This document shows, one piece after another, positions 37,404-48,016 of a stretch of 64,000 nucleotides of DNA. Each line of letters begins with the position of its first letter. Within the stretch, counting starts at the first letter, position 1. The stretch lies in the IMG/VR virus record IMGVR_UViG_3300007541_000020, positions 1,076 through 65,075 of that record. One strand, 5' to 3'. The position numbers were made by a program, and so were the translations under genes. The DNA comes from a virus. Taxonomy: Duplodnaviria; Caudoviricetes. Under the pieces are notes generated by a model, which ran no database searches, was not told where the DNA came from, and worked only from the letters and a program-made list of their open reading frames with translations.

Positions 37404-38300
37404 ATGAGTTTTATAAAAACAGAAAAGATTAATCAAGAAATTTTTGATATAAATAAAAATACTATTGTAGAATTTATAAAAATTCATAATATTGTAAATT
37501 TAGATGAAATTTACATGCATGCAGGAGTAAATAAAATTTACTCATCTTTATTTTTTGACAATCAAGAATATGCATATATACCTTTTGAGTTGACTGGAGT
37601 AGAAAGTCAGGGTGATGGGGGTATATCTAGACCCAACTTAAAGATAGTAAATTTTTCTGGATTTTTGTCTAAATATTTAAGGGATAAAGACGATCTTCTC
37701 GGTGCAAAAGTCACAAGAATAAGGACATATTTAAAGTTTTTAGATAAAGAAAATTTCTTGGGTTACGATGAAGATCCTGAAAATTGGATAAGTCAAGGAA
37801 TAAATCCTGATCCAATGTCTAAATTTAGAGATGATGATTGGGTTATTTCCCAAAAAATTGAAGAAAATAAGTTTTTTATTTCATTTGAGCTGACGAATGC
37901 TTTAGATTTGGAAAATATAACATTGCCAAACAGGAAAATAATTAACAATTATTGTTATTGGAAATATAGGGGGAAAGGCTGTAGGTATGATGGTGATCCA
38001 ATAGCCGACAGTAACAATGTTAAATTCAAAGACAAAATTAATTTTAGAGGGCAATGGAAATTAAATGAGAACTATATAACAAACGATTCTGTATATCTGG
38101 TCGTAAAAGAAGGTAATACCACAAGGAAAGTATTTTATGTATGTGCTCAGAACAATTCTGGCTCAATATCAACCAAACCTTCTTTAAATTCAAATTTATG
38201 GGTTAAAGATGATTGCAACAAGAAGCTTGGTGGATGCAAGTTAAGATATAAAGACGGACCGTTGCCATTTGGAGGATTCCCCTCAAGTAGATTATATTAA
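37404..38300 (+). CDS. Minor tail tip protein L (lambda gpL-like, Fe-S binding)
   Basis: GAKVTRIRTYLKFLD, CYWKYRGKGC, CNKKLGGCKLRY and LPFGGFP are gpL hallmarks. Confidence 0.9.
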   Translation: MSFIKTEKINQEIFDINKNTIVEFIKIHNIVNLDEIYMHAGVNKIYSSLFFDNQEYAYIPFELTGVESQGDGGISRPNLKIVNFSGFLSKYLRDKDDLLGAKVTRIRTYLKFLDKENFLGYDEDPENWISQGINPDPMSKFRDDDWVISQKIEENKFFISFELTNALDLENITLPNRKIINNYCYWKYRGKGCRYDGDPIADSNNVKFKDKINFRGQWKLNENYITNDSVYLVVKEGNTTRKVFYVCAQNNSGSISTKPSLNSNLWVKDDCNKKLGGCKLRYKDGPLPFGGFPSSRLY

Positions 38301-38301
38301 A

Positions 38302-38700
38302 ATGATCAAGTATTTAAATGAGATAAAAGTTATATGCGAAAGAGAGGCTAAGAAAAATAAAGAGGCTTGTGGTTTTTGGGTGAATGAAGAGCAAGGTGTA
38401 CAAAAAATAATTGAATGTAAAAATACAGCTCAGTTTCAAGAATTTAGTTTTAAAATAGATTCAAGGAAATTTCTTGAATGTTTGGAGAAAAATCCTGTTT
38501 TAATTTATCATTCTCATTTGCATGGATCTAGGTTTGCTTCAATGGAAGATCTAAGACAATCAAATGCTTTATTAATTCCATATTTAATATACAGCATTAA
38601 GGAAAAAAGATTTTCTTTACATGTGCCTAATGATATTGATTTAAATCAAAATCTTATAAAAATAAATGATGCTATAATGTGTAATTTAATTCAGGCATAA
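38302..38700 (+). CDS. Tail tip assembly protein K-like, JAB/MPN domain only
   Basis: EACG...YHSH...S..D JAMM motif. The ATG at 38302 just after the L stop is more likely than the TTG at 38269. No NlpC/P60 domain. Confidence 0.85.
   Translation: MIKYLNEIKVICEREAKKNKEACGFWVNEEQGVQKIIECKNTAQFQEFSFKIDSRKFLECLEKNPVLIYHSHLHGSRFASMEDLRQSNALLIPYLIYSIKEKRFSLHVPNDIDLNQNLIKINDAIMCNLIQA
38679..38686 (+). promoter_or_regulatory. GTGTA-type putative late promoter element (I-J)
   Basis: GTGTAATT starts 24 nt before the ATG at 38703, followed by TAAGG; same arrangement as before the TMP. Confidence 0.45.
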
Positions 38701-38702
38701 GG

Positions 38703-39428
38703 ATGAAATTTAAATTACATGGAATACTGGCTAAAAATTTCCAGAGAAGTTGGGAATTAGATGTGGATTCTGTTGCAGAGGGAATAAGGGCAATTGATGC
38801 AAATGAACCCAGTTTTATTCCATTTTTATACAAAAATAGAGAAGAGTTTAAGTTGGCTATATTTAAAAACAAAAAGCCCTTAACAGACACAAAAGAAATA
38901 AAAATAAATTCAAGAAAAGAAGATGTAGTGCATATATTTCCAACCCCATATGGAGAAGACGAAGCTGCAAGAATGAGATCTTATGGGGGTATTGGTATAG
39001 TAGGGGGATATGGACTACAATCTTTAGGTGGATGGATGGGGGAGTCCGATAATTGGTTTGTTAGGGGAGCGGGAAATATACTTAGTACAATAGGGGCTGT
39101 GGCAATGGAGGTCGGCGCATCATTGTTAATTCAAGGATTATTGCAGGAATTAATGCCAGATCCTGAACCTCCACCTACGGAGCCAGAAGGCCCTATTTTA
39201 AAAAGCACTCAGTCTTTTACTTTTACTAATCCAGTGAATAATGTGGTACAAGGAGCTCCTGTTCCGATAGGTTATGGAAGAGTTTTGGTTGGCAGCCATG
39301 TGATATCATCTCATGTAATGAATACTAGATTGGCTGCATTTAATAAAGTAGAAGAGACTATTAAGGATTCAGACGGGAAAGTTGTAGGAGCCGTTCATGT
39401 GGATCAATTTACTAGAAAGGACGGTTAA
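38703..39428 (+). CDS. Tail assembly protein I (ubiquitin-like N-terminus)
   Basis: KLHGILAKNF...VAEGIRAI and C-terminal QGAPVPIGYGRVLVGSHVIS are gpI hallmarks. Confidence 0.9.
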   Translation: MKFKLHGILAKNFQRSWELDVDSVAEGIRAIDANEPSFIPFLYKNREEFKLAIFKNKKPLTDTKEIKINSRKEDVVHIFPTPYGEDEAARMRSYGGIGIVGGYGLQSLGGWMGESDNWFVRGAGNILSTIGAVAMEVGASLLIQGLLQELMPDPEPPPTEPEGPILKSTQSFTFTNPVNNVVQGAPVPIGYGRVLVGSHVISSHVMNTRLAAFNKVEETIKDSDGKVVGAVHVDQFTRKDG

Positions 39429-39430
39429 GG

Positions 39431-42400
39431 ATGCCTTTATATATCGAATCAAAAGCTTCAGACACAGTACCACGTTTATTTAGGAGAAAAATAAATGGAA
39501 CATATAACCCTTCTGATGAAGACAAAGAGAAATTACAATCGACATCATTTTTTAGATCATTAGATTTGATATGCGAAGGACCTATAGAGGGGTTTTGTGA
39601 TGCAACAGGAGCATTAATAACAGATGGAAGGATTTTACAAGGGGTCTATTTAAATAATGTTCCAGTGCAACTTACACTAAGCCCAAAAGCAACACAAAGA
39701 TTTAATTTTAGAAATATATCGGTTGCATATAAATTTGGAACAGAAGATCAAGAGCCTTTATACATAGACTCTGAAACTAATGAAAATTTTGGTTGGTTGG
39801 AAGACTGTTCTTACTCTTCAATGACTACATCATTAGGAACTGTATTAGATAATCAATTACAATTAGAAGCGGGTGCTACTGCAGGAGGTGTACCCAAGGA
39901 ATTGAATTCTCAAGCCAATTACTCGGTTATAGATGCTGATGTAGATTGGTTGGCAATCACATTAAATATAGAGCAATGTTATAGCATAAACGAAGAAGGT
40001 GACCATAAACCCAATCAAGGACAAGTTATGATTTTCGGGGATTTTACGGGCGCATATCATAGGAGTCATGGAGATACAAAGATAACGGCAGTTCCAAACG
40101 ATGGGGGGAACGATTACAGTATAGTTATCAACTACGATGGTATGGCAATGGCTCCATATCAAGAAGAAGTTTTTGTTAAATTAAGAGACGTAAAAGATTC
40201 AAAAAGAAATAAAAACAGAAGGGTTTATATAAAGAATGCAACCGAAGAAACTTATAATTTTAAAAGAAAATGGTCTGTTTCAGTGCCTACTGTAACGGAA
40301 ATAGTTGATAAAAATTTATCTTATCCTTTTTCTGCATATATAGCCGTACTTTGTAATGCAGAAAGTTTTGCTTCGGTGCCAAATAGATCATTTCATTTAA
40401 AACTAAAAAAAGTAAAGGTTCCCAGTAATTATGTAGAAAAAATGGAAGGCCCTAATGGTCCGACAAATCAAAGAGCATATGATAGCAAATTTGGGGCAAA
40501 AGGATCAACTTATTCATCCGAAGAAAGACATGAGGGATTTTGGGATGGCACATTCAAGGACGAATTAGAATGGACAGATAATCCAGCATGGATACTATAT
40601 GATATATTAACTAATGATATATATGGTTTAGGAGAGTATATTAAAAATTTTAATATTGACAAATGGGAGCTTTATAAAATAGCTAAATTTTGTGACGAGT
40701 TAGTAGAGACATCCAAACCTCATTCTACATCTAGCACTGGATTTAAAAAAGAAAGAAGGTTTTCATGCAATATAGTTTTAAGCAACGCTGCTGATGCATT
40801 TAATACCATAAGTGAATTAGCATCTGTATTTAGGGGTGTAGCTTATTTCAATAATCAATCTGTATTTTTTAGCGTTAATAGACTAAAAGAATCAATTCAT
40901 AAATTCACAAACGATTCTGTAATAGAAGGGATATTTAGATATAGCGGAGCCCCAAAGCACTCAAAATTTACAGCTATAAGAGTGGCTTATAAAGATAAGG
41001 ATAATAATTATTTAACTAAATACGAATACATTGAAGATCCAGAGGGCATCATTAAATTTGGTTTAGTTATGAAGGAAACGACCGCGATAGGTTGTACGTC
41101 AAGAGATCAGGCCTTAAGGCTCGGGAGATGGATTTTATTGACATCAAACTTAGAAGAAGGGCAGGTAAGTTTTACTTCAGACTCTCAAGCAGAATACTTA
41201 AATCCTGGAGATGTTTTTACAGTAAGAGATGAGATGAAGAATATCCATAGATTTGCTGGGAGAATAAAAGAAATAAAGTCTGATAGCATTAACATAAACG
41301 AAAATTATATTTTATTGGATCAGAATCTTGACTTGGAAAATTTTAATATCAAAGACATCAGTTTCTTGATACCAAGCAAAGATGTAGAAGACGAAAATGT
41401 AGAACAGTATAAAGCATTTATTCATAGAGATGGATATAATTTAGGAAATCAGGATGGAGGATTCAGGAAAGCAGAGAAACTTTTTATACCATTGAATTCA
41501 GAAAATTCAGAAAATCAAGATATACATAGTTATCTAGTTAACACAGAAAATGGAACTAAATTTATAACTAACGAAGAAGAGAGTGCAATACTTAAAAAAA
41601 CCCACAATGATTCCTTAATAGGGGGAGGGGCTGGACACAAAACATTGAACGATTATTTATTGGATTCAGAAGTATTAGCTCAATTAACTAATGGAACAGC
41701 TAGGTCAAAAATAACACAAAAAATCAAAGAAGGAACTTTATATTTTATTTCGGCAGAGGCGAAGGACGGTTCAGATTTAGAAATAATTGAACAAGATTTT
41801 CAATTGATAAGAAAATCAGATAATGGAGATGGCACATATTCAATTGTAGGACAAGATTTCAATAGAGATAAATTCGATAAAACTGAAAATTTATCTACAA
41901 TATATAAACATACTACATTTAGTTACGATACCGATGACACTGACCCTGGGATAGGGGAAGATGATGAAATACCAGAAAGAATATTGCCTCCAGCTCCACA
42001 AGTAGAAAATCCAACATTTCCTAGAGAAAATACTGTAGATTTATTAATTACTACCACTGGCTTTGTAAACACAGAGGGAGAAACTAAGTCTAGGGTAAAT
42101 TACTATTTTCATAATACTCAAGAAAATAATTTATATTACCAGGATGAGTACAGCAAGAACCACAGATATGAAATAAGATGTTCTGAAATTGATGAAGATA
42201 AATACACAACACTTTTTCAATCTCAATTTTCAGTAGGAGGAGATCAGGTAAATATATTACAAGAAGGGCAATATATATTATCTGGAGTAGGGAAATGTGG
42301 AGAATATAGAGTGCTATATGACCATTCAATAGGAGAGCCTAAAGTATTAACTCCAAGCGGTAAAGCCTTGGTTGGTGGAACTATAGATAGACACATTTCT

Positions 42401-45400
42401 GTGCCTAATTATAACGAGACTGATTTTAGTCCGTTTGCCAATATTGTAAGAGCTAGAAATAGAAATGAATGGGGAGAAATAAAATTAGAGGGATGCGAAT
42501 TATTTGACGAAATTTATAAAGATCAAAAGACGGGTTATGTGCTTTCTGGACAGTTCGAATTGCCAAATCCAGATGCATATTATGAATTAAGATGGCTCGA
42601 AGCTAACGATAAAGGAACTTCTCCAGAGAAAATAATGTTCTTCAAGGGATCTAGAGATGATATACCCCCAGGGCCAGTTTCAAATTTCAAAATAAGAATT
42701 AACAACTTATTTCCTAATATGCTTAATTATTCCTGGCAGCATCAAGGACAAAAAGATCCTGATTTAGCTGGATTTAGGATTTACACTGGACATATAAATG
42801 GAGAAAACCCAGACTATGAGTTTGATGATTTGGATGAAGATGGAGTCCCTAATCCTGGCTCAGAGTTTGCTGAAATAATGGGCAAAAATGCTTCTTATTT
42901 TACATACGAAGCAAATACCAGTGATGGCACAATAAAAGACAACGATGGAAATACCTTAAGCTTTAATGATACTGGAGCATTTCACATAAGAGCTTTTGAT
43001 ATGTCAAATAATTTAAGTGTTCCAGCAAACAGCAATATTTTAACATTATTTCAATTTGCAGAGGCTCCTGATATATTTTTATCTGGAGAAATAAGAGAAG
43101 AAGGTGTTGGAACTGACACTTACGGATACTATCCTATTTTACATGTTTTTTATTCTGGTTCATTTCACGAGCAAGATGCATTTAGCAAATATTCTTTATC
43201 TATTTTAGATGAGACCAATGGCTTTGGTGTTTCAACAGAATATGATATATTTAGAAATGGAGTCAAGATTGCAGACAAAAATGTTTATTCTGCTGAAAAT
43301 TCTGGACACTATGAAGTAAGAAATGTCTTACCAAACTCAACTTATTTAGGTAGAATTTCAGCTGTAACAACTGATGGTAGGCTTTCTCCAGAAGGTTCGG
43401 ATAGAACAACGATAGGAAAAGATGAGTTCGCACCTGGTAAACTAAGAAACTTTAGAGTAGACAAACAATTCTCAAATTTTAGATTTTCATGGGATGAGCC
43501 AATCGAAAATGATGTAAAAAATGTATTGTTATTTACAGGGTTAGGTGGCGAAAATTTTGGCATAGAAAAAGAAGATGAAGATGATATAAAAAAATTAGAA
43601 GTGAGGCCAAAAAACCCTCCATTTGCTTCTGTATTACCAGATGATTCTCCAGTTTTTAGGGTAGACAAATTTAAAAATGCAGGAGACCCTTTTAATGAAA
43701 GATTTAAATTTCATGGATTGGCGGTAGATACATCTAATAATACTGGGATGTATGAAGATTTTACCTATGCATACGTTGATCTTAGTGGGCCTGAATTACA
43801 CACAAGCGGTCAACTAACCGATGACGGTAGATCTTTAATACATGTGTTTTATTCTGGAGAAGGGCAGTCCGATGAGTCTTTTAGGTATTATTTAACTCAA
43901 TATCAAGACACTCAAGATTTGGCAATACAGTCTTTTCAGGGATTGGATAAAGCAAATTACATAAATGAGGCAGACAGGAAGACTGTATCAGAAATACACG
44001 GAAAAGGATCTGGCCATTTTTCTTTTGAAGCAAGAGGCAATCGATTTTATGAGATTAGATCTAAAATGGTATTTGATGCATTTGAGTCAAGATGGGCAGA
44101 TGATATTGTTTTAACCGAAACAAAAGATGGTTTTATAAAAGCCGTCCCTGATCAAGTGCCTCCAGGCAAACCAACATGGATATCAGCAACAAAAAATGGA
44201 AATAATATATTTCTATCTTGGGAAAATCCTCCAGATCATGATTTATTAGCTATAAATTTATATACTGGAAGCAAAGAATCTACGCTTGAATCAGATGGAA
44301 CATTTATACACCAGAGAGCTTTGCAAACATCACAAGTTATTCCTCTAAGAGATTTTGCTGCAAACAAAAACAAGCAATTTTATTTTTACTTGCAGGCTGT
44401 AGATACATCATTGAATACTGGAGAATTTAGCGATTCAAGAGGGTTGAATGTTGGAATAACAAGACAGCTAGACAGAAAAGAAATTTATATAAATAGCGGA
44501 ATAATGCTTGATGAAGATGGAGATGGTTCTGCAAAACCTTTTATATCATACAAAATATTAGATGAGCCTGTAAATTTTCAACATGCACTTTATGATATAC
44601 AGCTATCTACAAATGATACATACAATCCTCTTGTTTCCACCCAAACCATAGAAGTAGAGCATATTTCCGATTTAAATTTAAATAGTGGAAGCGGTACATT
44701 TTTGAATTTAAACGCAAATACAGAATATTACTTAAGGGCAAGAATAAGAGAGTTTGATGGGAAGAGTAGTTTATATACAGAGGCATGGGACAATCCAATC
44801 TTAACCCCCAAAGATGACATACCTCCAAAAAACCCTGAGAATTTCTATATAATATCTGGACCAAAACAAGCAATACTTGAGTGGGATTGGAGTGCGGGAA
44901 TATCTTCAGATATAGCATCCGTATTAGTTTATAAAACAGGAATACCAACAGGAAGGGTTGCGACAAATTCTCATAAGGTAAATAATTGCTGGTCCGCTGA
45001 GCATATAAGTGGTTATTTTGAAGACAATCCCGATGATTATTCATATAAATTAAATGCTTCAACTTCATTTGTGGATAATGATATAGAGACAGGAATTGCG
45101 TTCCCTAATACAAACAGCCCAAAACAATCTATATATTATCACTATTTATTAAAAACAGTTGATAGATCAAATAATACTGGCGAACATTTTGTGTCAGGGA
45201 AATCGAGGGACCCTCATGAATATTACTGGGTAAATAAAGCAAAAACAAAAAAAGATGATTTTGTAAATAAAAGATATGGAACAACACCACACTATCATGG
45301 TTACATAACTGGCGGGGCAGTAAGTGCTGATTATATAACAAATATTTATGCAGGAAGGATATTAACAGATAAATTAACTACAACTGATTTAATATTAAGT

Positions 45401-47848
45401 CACCCCAGCGGTAGATTGTTGAGCGATAATGTGTACGCGATGGGCTCAAATGATCACAAATATGATTACATGAAAGGTGCGGGTGTATACATTGATCATA
45501 AAATGTTTAGAATAGGAGATCCAAATCCAGGAGGGTTTGGATTATTCTGGACTGGTGAAAAATTATCAAACGGAAATTTTAAAGTTCCCACATTTAATGA
45601 AGATCCTGATGGATTTCATGCGATTGATATAAATCCAAATACATTAGAAATAAGGGGCAACTTAACAGCTGGAACGATACAAATAGGGGCCAGCGAACAA
45701 AATGCCTTAAGTGTCGATGATCAAGGCAATTTAACAATAGGAAATCAAAGCAAAAATATTCAGGGATTCTTCTCTAATAAAGCTGGTGTAAGTGGAATTT
45801 TAGGAGAAATTCCTAGTTATATATCAAGCCCTGATCCAGATGCTGTATACGTCCAATTAGATAAAAATGATATAAGCACACAAGAATCTATAGAACTTCA
45901 ATCTCTAGCGAACGGAGGAGGGTTTCTTGAAACAAACTGGATTAGAGGAAGATTTAGAGGGTGGGAAGTAAGAGCTATAGAAAAAATAGAAACAGCAGGT
46001 AATGATGCAAAAAAATGGACTGTAAAACTTGGGGTGCCATTTTCGGCATATGTCGGTTTTAACTTTTTTGATATACAAGGAAACACATATGGACTAAGTG
46101 GCGTTGTAGCAACTGGATCAAAAGATATTTACACGCAAAGCGATGCTCCTACCGATTCCTTAATAGGATACCCAAAAGTAAGAGATTGGTGGAGAGTACA
46201 TCAAGCTAAATTCAAAGTTACTAATGATGGAGTATTGTTTGCTGCAGATGCTAGAATACTAGGAACGGCCAAAGCAGATTCTTTAGAAGTAAATAAAACA
46301 ATCGTTTTAGGGGACACTTATAATACATACACTAGTATTATTCAAAGTTATGGATTTGAAGAAGGAAATGCATGTGACGGAGTTAATCCATCTGGCTGGA
46401 AAATTGTTGGCGATGGGCATGCCATATTTAAAAGTATTGATATAAGGTCTGGAGTAATCAGCGGGACTGTAGGTTTATCTATTGGGCAACAATGTGATGA
46501 TACATATGCATTTAGAGCTAATCAATTTGGAGAAATTGCCGTAGGAGATTCCAATGTTTTACATAAGAATAATTTCTACGTATCAAGAGAAGGAAATATA
46601 TCAGCAAATAATGCCGTACTAAAAGGAGACCTTAGTGTTTCTGGATCTATTGACGTTGGAGATGGAATACTACTGGGATCGAAGGTTACAAGAGATCAAT
46701 ATGGAAATGTTACAAGTGTAACAAAAGACCTAAATGATGGAATTTTAATTACACAAAATGATATAAGATCATTGGCTTACACGGATGATTTTAATGGAGC
46801 AGCTGGTTTTAAAATAGACAATAAAGGAAGAGGGATATTTCATAATATAGCAGTTACTGGAGGAGCTCTCAGTGGAGTATCCTTAATTATTGGGAAGGGA
46901 ACGGTAACCAGTCCTTATTTTAAAGCATTTTCAGATGGTGAAATAAGCGTCGGAAGTCACAATGGCGCAGGCACTGCTCCCAGTAAAAACGATCCTTTTT
47001 ATGTTAGCAAAAAGGGAGAGTTATGGGCAAATGATGCTCGCATAAAAGGAACCATTAGTGGGAGTGCTGGATTAATAGGTTCCTTGTATATAGGAGAAAC
47101 GTTTGTGTCAACATTTAACGAAGACTCGGCATCTCCTGTTCGAACAAGCAATGATTTACAAAAAGTTGATTCTAAGAAACCGTTGGCGGCTGGTAATTAC
47201 AGAACTGGATTATTTATTGGAAGAAATGGAGAGTTCTCCATAACAAATGAACAAGGAAAATTGTTTGGATGGAGAGGTAGCAATAAATATTTAACTGTAA
47301 CTGGATTGGCTTCTAGTAGTAGTGAAAATGCAAGTTTTTATACAGTGGAGGGTGCAGATAAAACAAAAGCAAATTTTGAAAAAGGAGTTGGATTTTACTT
47401 GCAAGGTGGAGGAGGAGGCAGTTATATATCCAATTTTACGACCGATACGAGTAGCGCAAAAAATATAGCAAGTAAAGTAATAACGCATATATGCGGGGAA
47501 ATACATGGCCCTATAGTTGGTACAAATTATACAGTACTGGCAAAATCTAAAATTGGGTATACCGTAAAAGAAGTTTACCTGGAATGCGATGGATCTAACA
47601 ATACATGCACGGTTCAAATAAATAGAAGTCATCATAGTGTAAGCCCAGCCCAAAAAATAGGAGATGGAACTTTTCTTGGTAGCTCTGACGGAACATCAGA
47701 ATTGGTGACATCAAATAATAAAATTGTAGTAAATAGCGAAAGTAATAGAAAGAATTTTGGATATATTGTTTTAAAAGTTATTCAGACTAATGGAGCAAAT
47801 ATAATTAAATTTAGAATAGAATTAATTAGAGATAATAGCTATGCTTAA
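39431..47848 (+). CDS. Tail tip / host specificity protein J (2805 aa) with FN3 repeats
   Basis: DLICEGPIEG, WTDNPAWILYDILTN and GCTSRDQALRLGRW are gpJ motifs; four FN3 units start D(D/E/Q)xxPG/PK; C-terminal beta-repeat fibre region. Confidence 0.9.
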   Translation: MPLYIESKASDTVPRLFRRKINGTYNPSDEDKEKLQSTSFFRSLDLICEGPIEGFCDATGALITDGRILQGVYLNNVPVQLTLSPKATQRFNFRNISVAYKFGTEDQEPLYIDSETNENFGWLEDCSYSSMTTSLGTVLDNQLQLEAGATAGGVPKELNSQANYSVIDADVDWLAITLNIEQCYSINEEGDHKPNQGQVMIFGDFTGAYHRSHGDTKITAVPNDGGNDYSIVINYDGMAMAPYQEEVFVKLRDVKDSKRNKNRRVYIKNATEETYNFKRKWSVSVPTVTEIVDKNLSYPFSAYIAVLCNAESFASVPNRSFHLKLKKVKVPSNYVEKMEGPNGPTNQRAYDSKFGAKGSTYSSEERHEGFWDGTFKDELEWTDNPAWILYDILTNDIYGLGEYIKNFNIDKWELYKIAKFCDELVETSKPHSTSSTGFKKERRFSCNIVLSNAADAFNTISELASVFRGVAYFNNQSVFFSVNRLKESIHKFTNDSVIEGIFRYSGAPKHSKFTAIRVAYKDKDNNYLTKYEYIEDPEGIIKFGLVMKETTAIGCTSRDQALRLGRWILLTSNLEEGQVSFTSDSQAEYLNPGDVFTVRDEMKNIHRFAGRIKEIKSDSININENYILLDQNLDLENFNIKDISFLIPSKDVEDENVEQYKAFIHRDGYNLGNQDGGFRKAEKLFIPLNSENSENQDIHSYLVNTENGTKFITNEEESAILKKTHNDSLIGGGAGHKTLNDYLLDSEVLAQLTNGTARSKITQKIKEGTLYFISAEAKDGSDLEIIEQDFQLIRKSDNGDGTYSIVGQDFNRDKFDKTENLSTIYKHTTFSYDTDDTDPGIGEDDEIPERILPPAPQVENPTFPRENTVDLLITTTGFVNTEGETKSRVNYYFHNTQENNLYYQDEYSKNHRYEIRCSEIDEDKYTTLFQSQFSVGGDQVNILQEGQYILSGVGKCGEYRVLYDHSIGEPKVLTPSGKALVGGTIDRHISVPNYNETDFSPFANIVRARNRNEWGEIKLEGCELFDEIYKDQKTGYVLSGQFELPNPDAYYELRWLEANDKGTSPEKIMFFKGSRDDIPPGPVSNFKIRINNLFPNMLNYSWQHQGQKDPDLAGFRIYTGHINGENPDYEFDDLDEDGVPNPGSEFAEIMGKNASYFTYEANTSDGTIKDNDGNTLSFNDTGAFHIRAFDMSNNLSVPANSNILTLFQFAEAPDIFLSGEIREEGVGTDTYGYYPILHVFYSGSFHEQDAFSKYSLSILDETNGFGVSTEYDIFRNGVKIADKNVYSAENSGHYEVRNVLPNSTYLGRISAVTTDGRLSPEGSDRTTIGKDEFAPGKLRNFRVDKQFSNFRFSWDEPIENDVKNVLLFTGLGGENFGIEKEDEDDIKKLEVRPKNPPFASVLPDDSPVFRVDKFKNAGDPFNERFKFHGLAVDTSNNTGMYEDFTYAYVDLSGPELHTSGQLTDDGRSLIHVFYSGEGQSDESFRYYLTQYQDTQDLAIQSFQGLDKANYINEADRKTVSEIHGKGSGHFSFEARGNRFYEIRSKMVFDAFESRWADDIVLTETKDGFIKAVPDQVPPGKPTWISATKNGNNIFLSWENPPDHDLLAINLYTGSKESTLESDGTFIHQRALQTSQVIPLRDFAANKNKQFYFYLQAVDTSLNTGEFSDSRGLNVGITRQLDRKEIYINSGIMLDEDGDGSAKPFISYKILDEPVNFQHALYDIQLSTNDTYNPLVSTQTIEVEHISDLNLNSGSGTFLNLNANTEYYLRARIREFDGKSSLYTEAWDNPILTPKDDIPPKNPENFYIISGPKQAILEWDWSAGISSDIASVLVYKTGIPTGRVATNSHKVNNCWSAEHISGYFEDNPDDYSYKLNASTSFVDNDIETGIAFPNTNSPKQSIYYHYLLKTVDRSNNTGEHFVSGKSRDPHEYYWVNKAKTKKDDFVNKRYGTTPHYHGYITGGAVSADYITNIYAGRILTDKLTTTDLILSHPSGRLLSDNVYAMGSNDHKYDYMKGAGVYIDHKMFRIGDPNPGGFGLFWTGEKLSNGNFKVPTFNEDPDGFHAIDINPNTLEIRGNLTAGTIQIGASEQNALSVDDQGNLTIGNQSKNIQGFFSNKAGVSGILGEIPSYISSPDPDAVYVQLDKNDISTQESIELQSLANGGGFLETNWIRGRFRGWEVRAIEKIETAGNDAKKWTVKLGVPFSAYVGFNFFDIQGNTYGLSGVVATGSKDIYTQSDAPTDSLIGYPKVRDWWRVHQAKFKVTNDGVLFAADARILGTAKADSLEVNKTIVLGDTYNTYTSIIQSYGFEEGNACDGVNPSGWKIVGDGHAIFKSIDIRSGVISGTVGLSIGQQCDDTYAFRANQFGEIAVGDSNVLHKNNFYVSREGNISANNAVLKGDLSVSGSIDVGDGILLGSKVTRDQYGNVTSVTKDLNDGILITQNDIRSLAYTDDFNGAAGFKIDNKGRGIFHNIAVTGGALSGVSLIIGKGTVTSPYFKAFSDGEISVGSHNGAGTAPSKNDPFYVSKKGELWANDARIKGTISGSAGLIGSLYIGETFVSTFNEDSASPVRTSNDLQKVDSKKPLAAGNYRTGLFIGRNGEFSITNEQGKLFGWRGSNKYLTVTGLASSSSENASFYTVEGADKTKANFEKGVGFYLQGGGGGSYISNFTTDTSSAKNIASKVITHICGEIHGPIVGTNYTVLAKSKIGYTVKEVYLECDGSNNTCTVQINRSHHSVSPAQKIGDGTFLGSSDGTSELVTSNNKIVVNSESNRKNFGYIVLKVIQTNGANIIKFRIELIRDNSYA

Positions 47849-47860
47849 TAATATATTATT

Positions 47861-48016
47861 ATGAATATTAAAGAATTAGACGACCTTAATATAAAAGCTA
47901 TACTTTATGATTTAATTTCAGAAAAAGAATTAATACAAGAGAATATAGACAGATTAAAAGAAGAATTGCTTAGAAGAGAGGTAGAAAGAGAAGATAACAA
48001 AAAAAAGGAGCAGTAA
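47861..48016 (+). CDS. Small coiled-coil protein (51 aa), not in the ORF track; possible fibre chaperone
   Basis: MNIKELDDLNIKAILYDLISEKELIQENIDRLKEELLRREVEREDNKKKEQ; fills the gap, with its TAA abutting the next ATG. Confidence 0.7.
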   Translation: MNIKELDDLNIKAILYDLISEKELIQENIDRLKEELLRREVEREDNKKKEQ

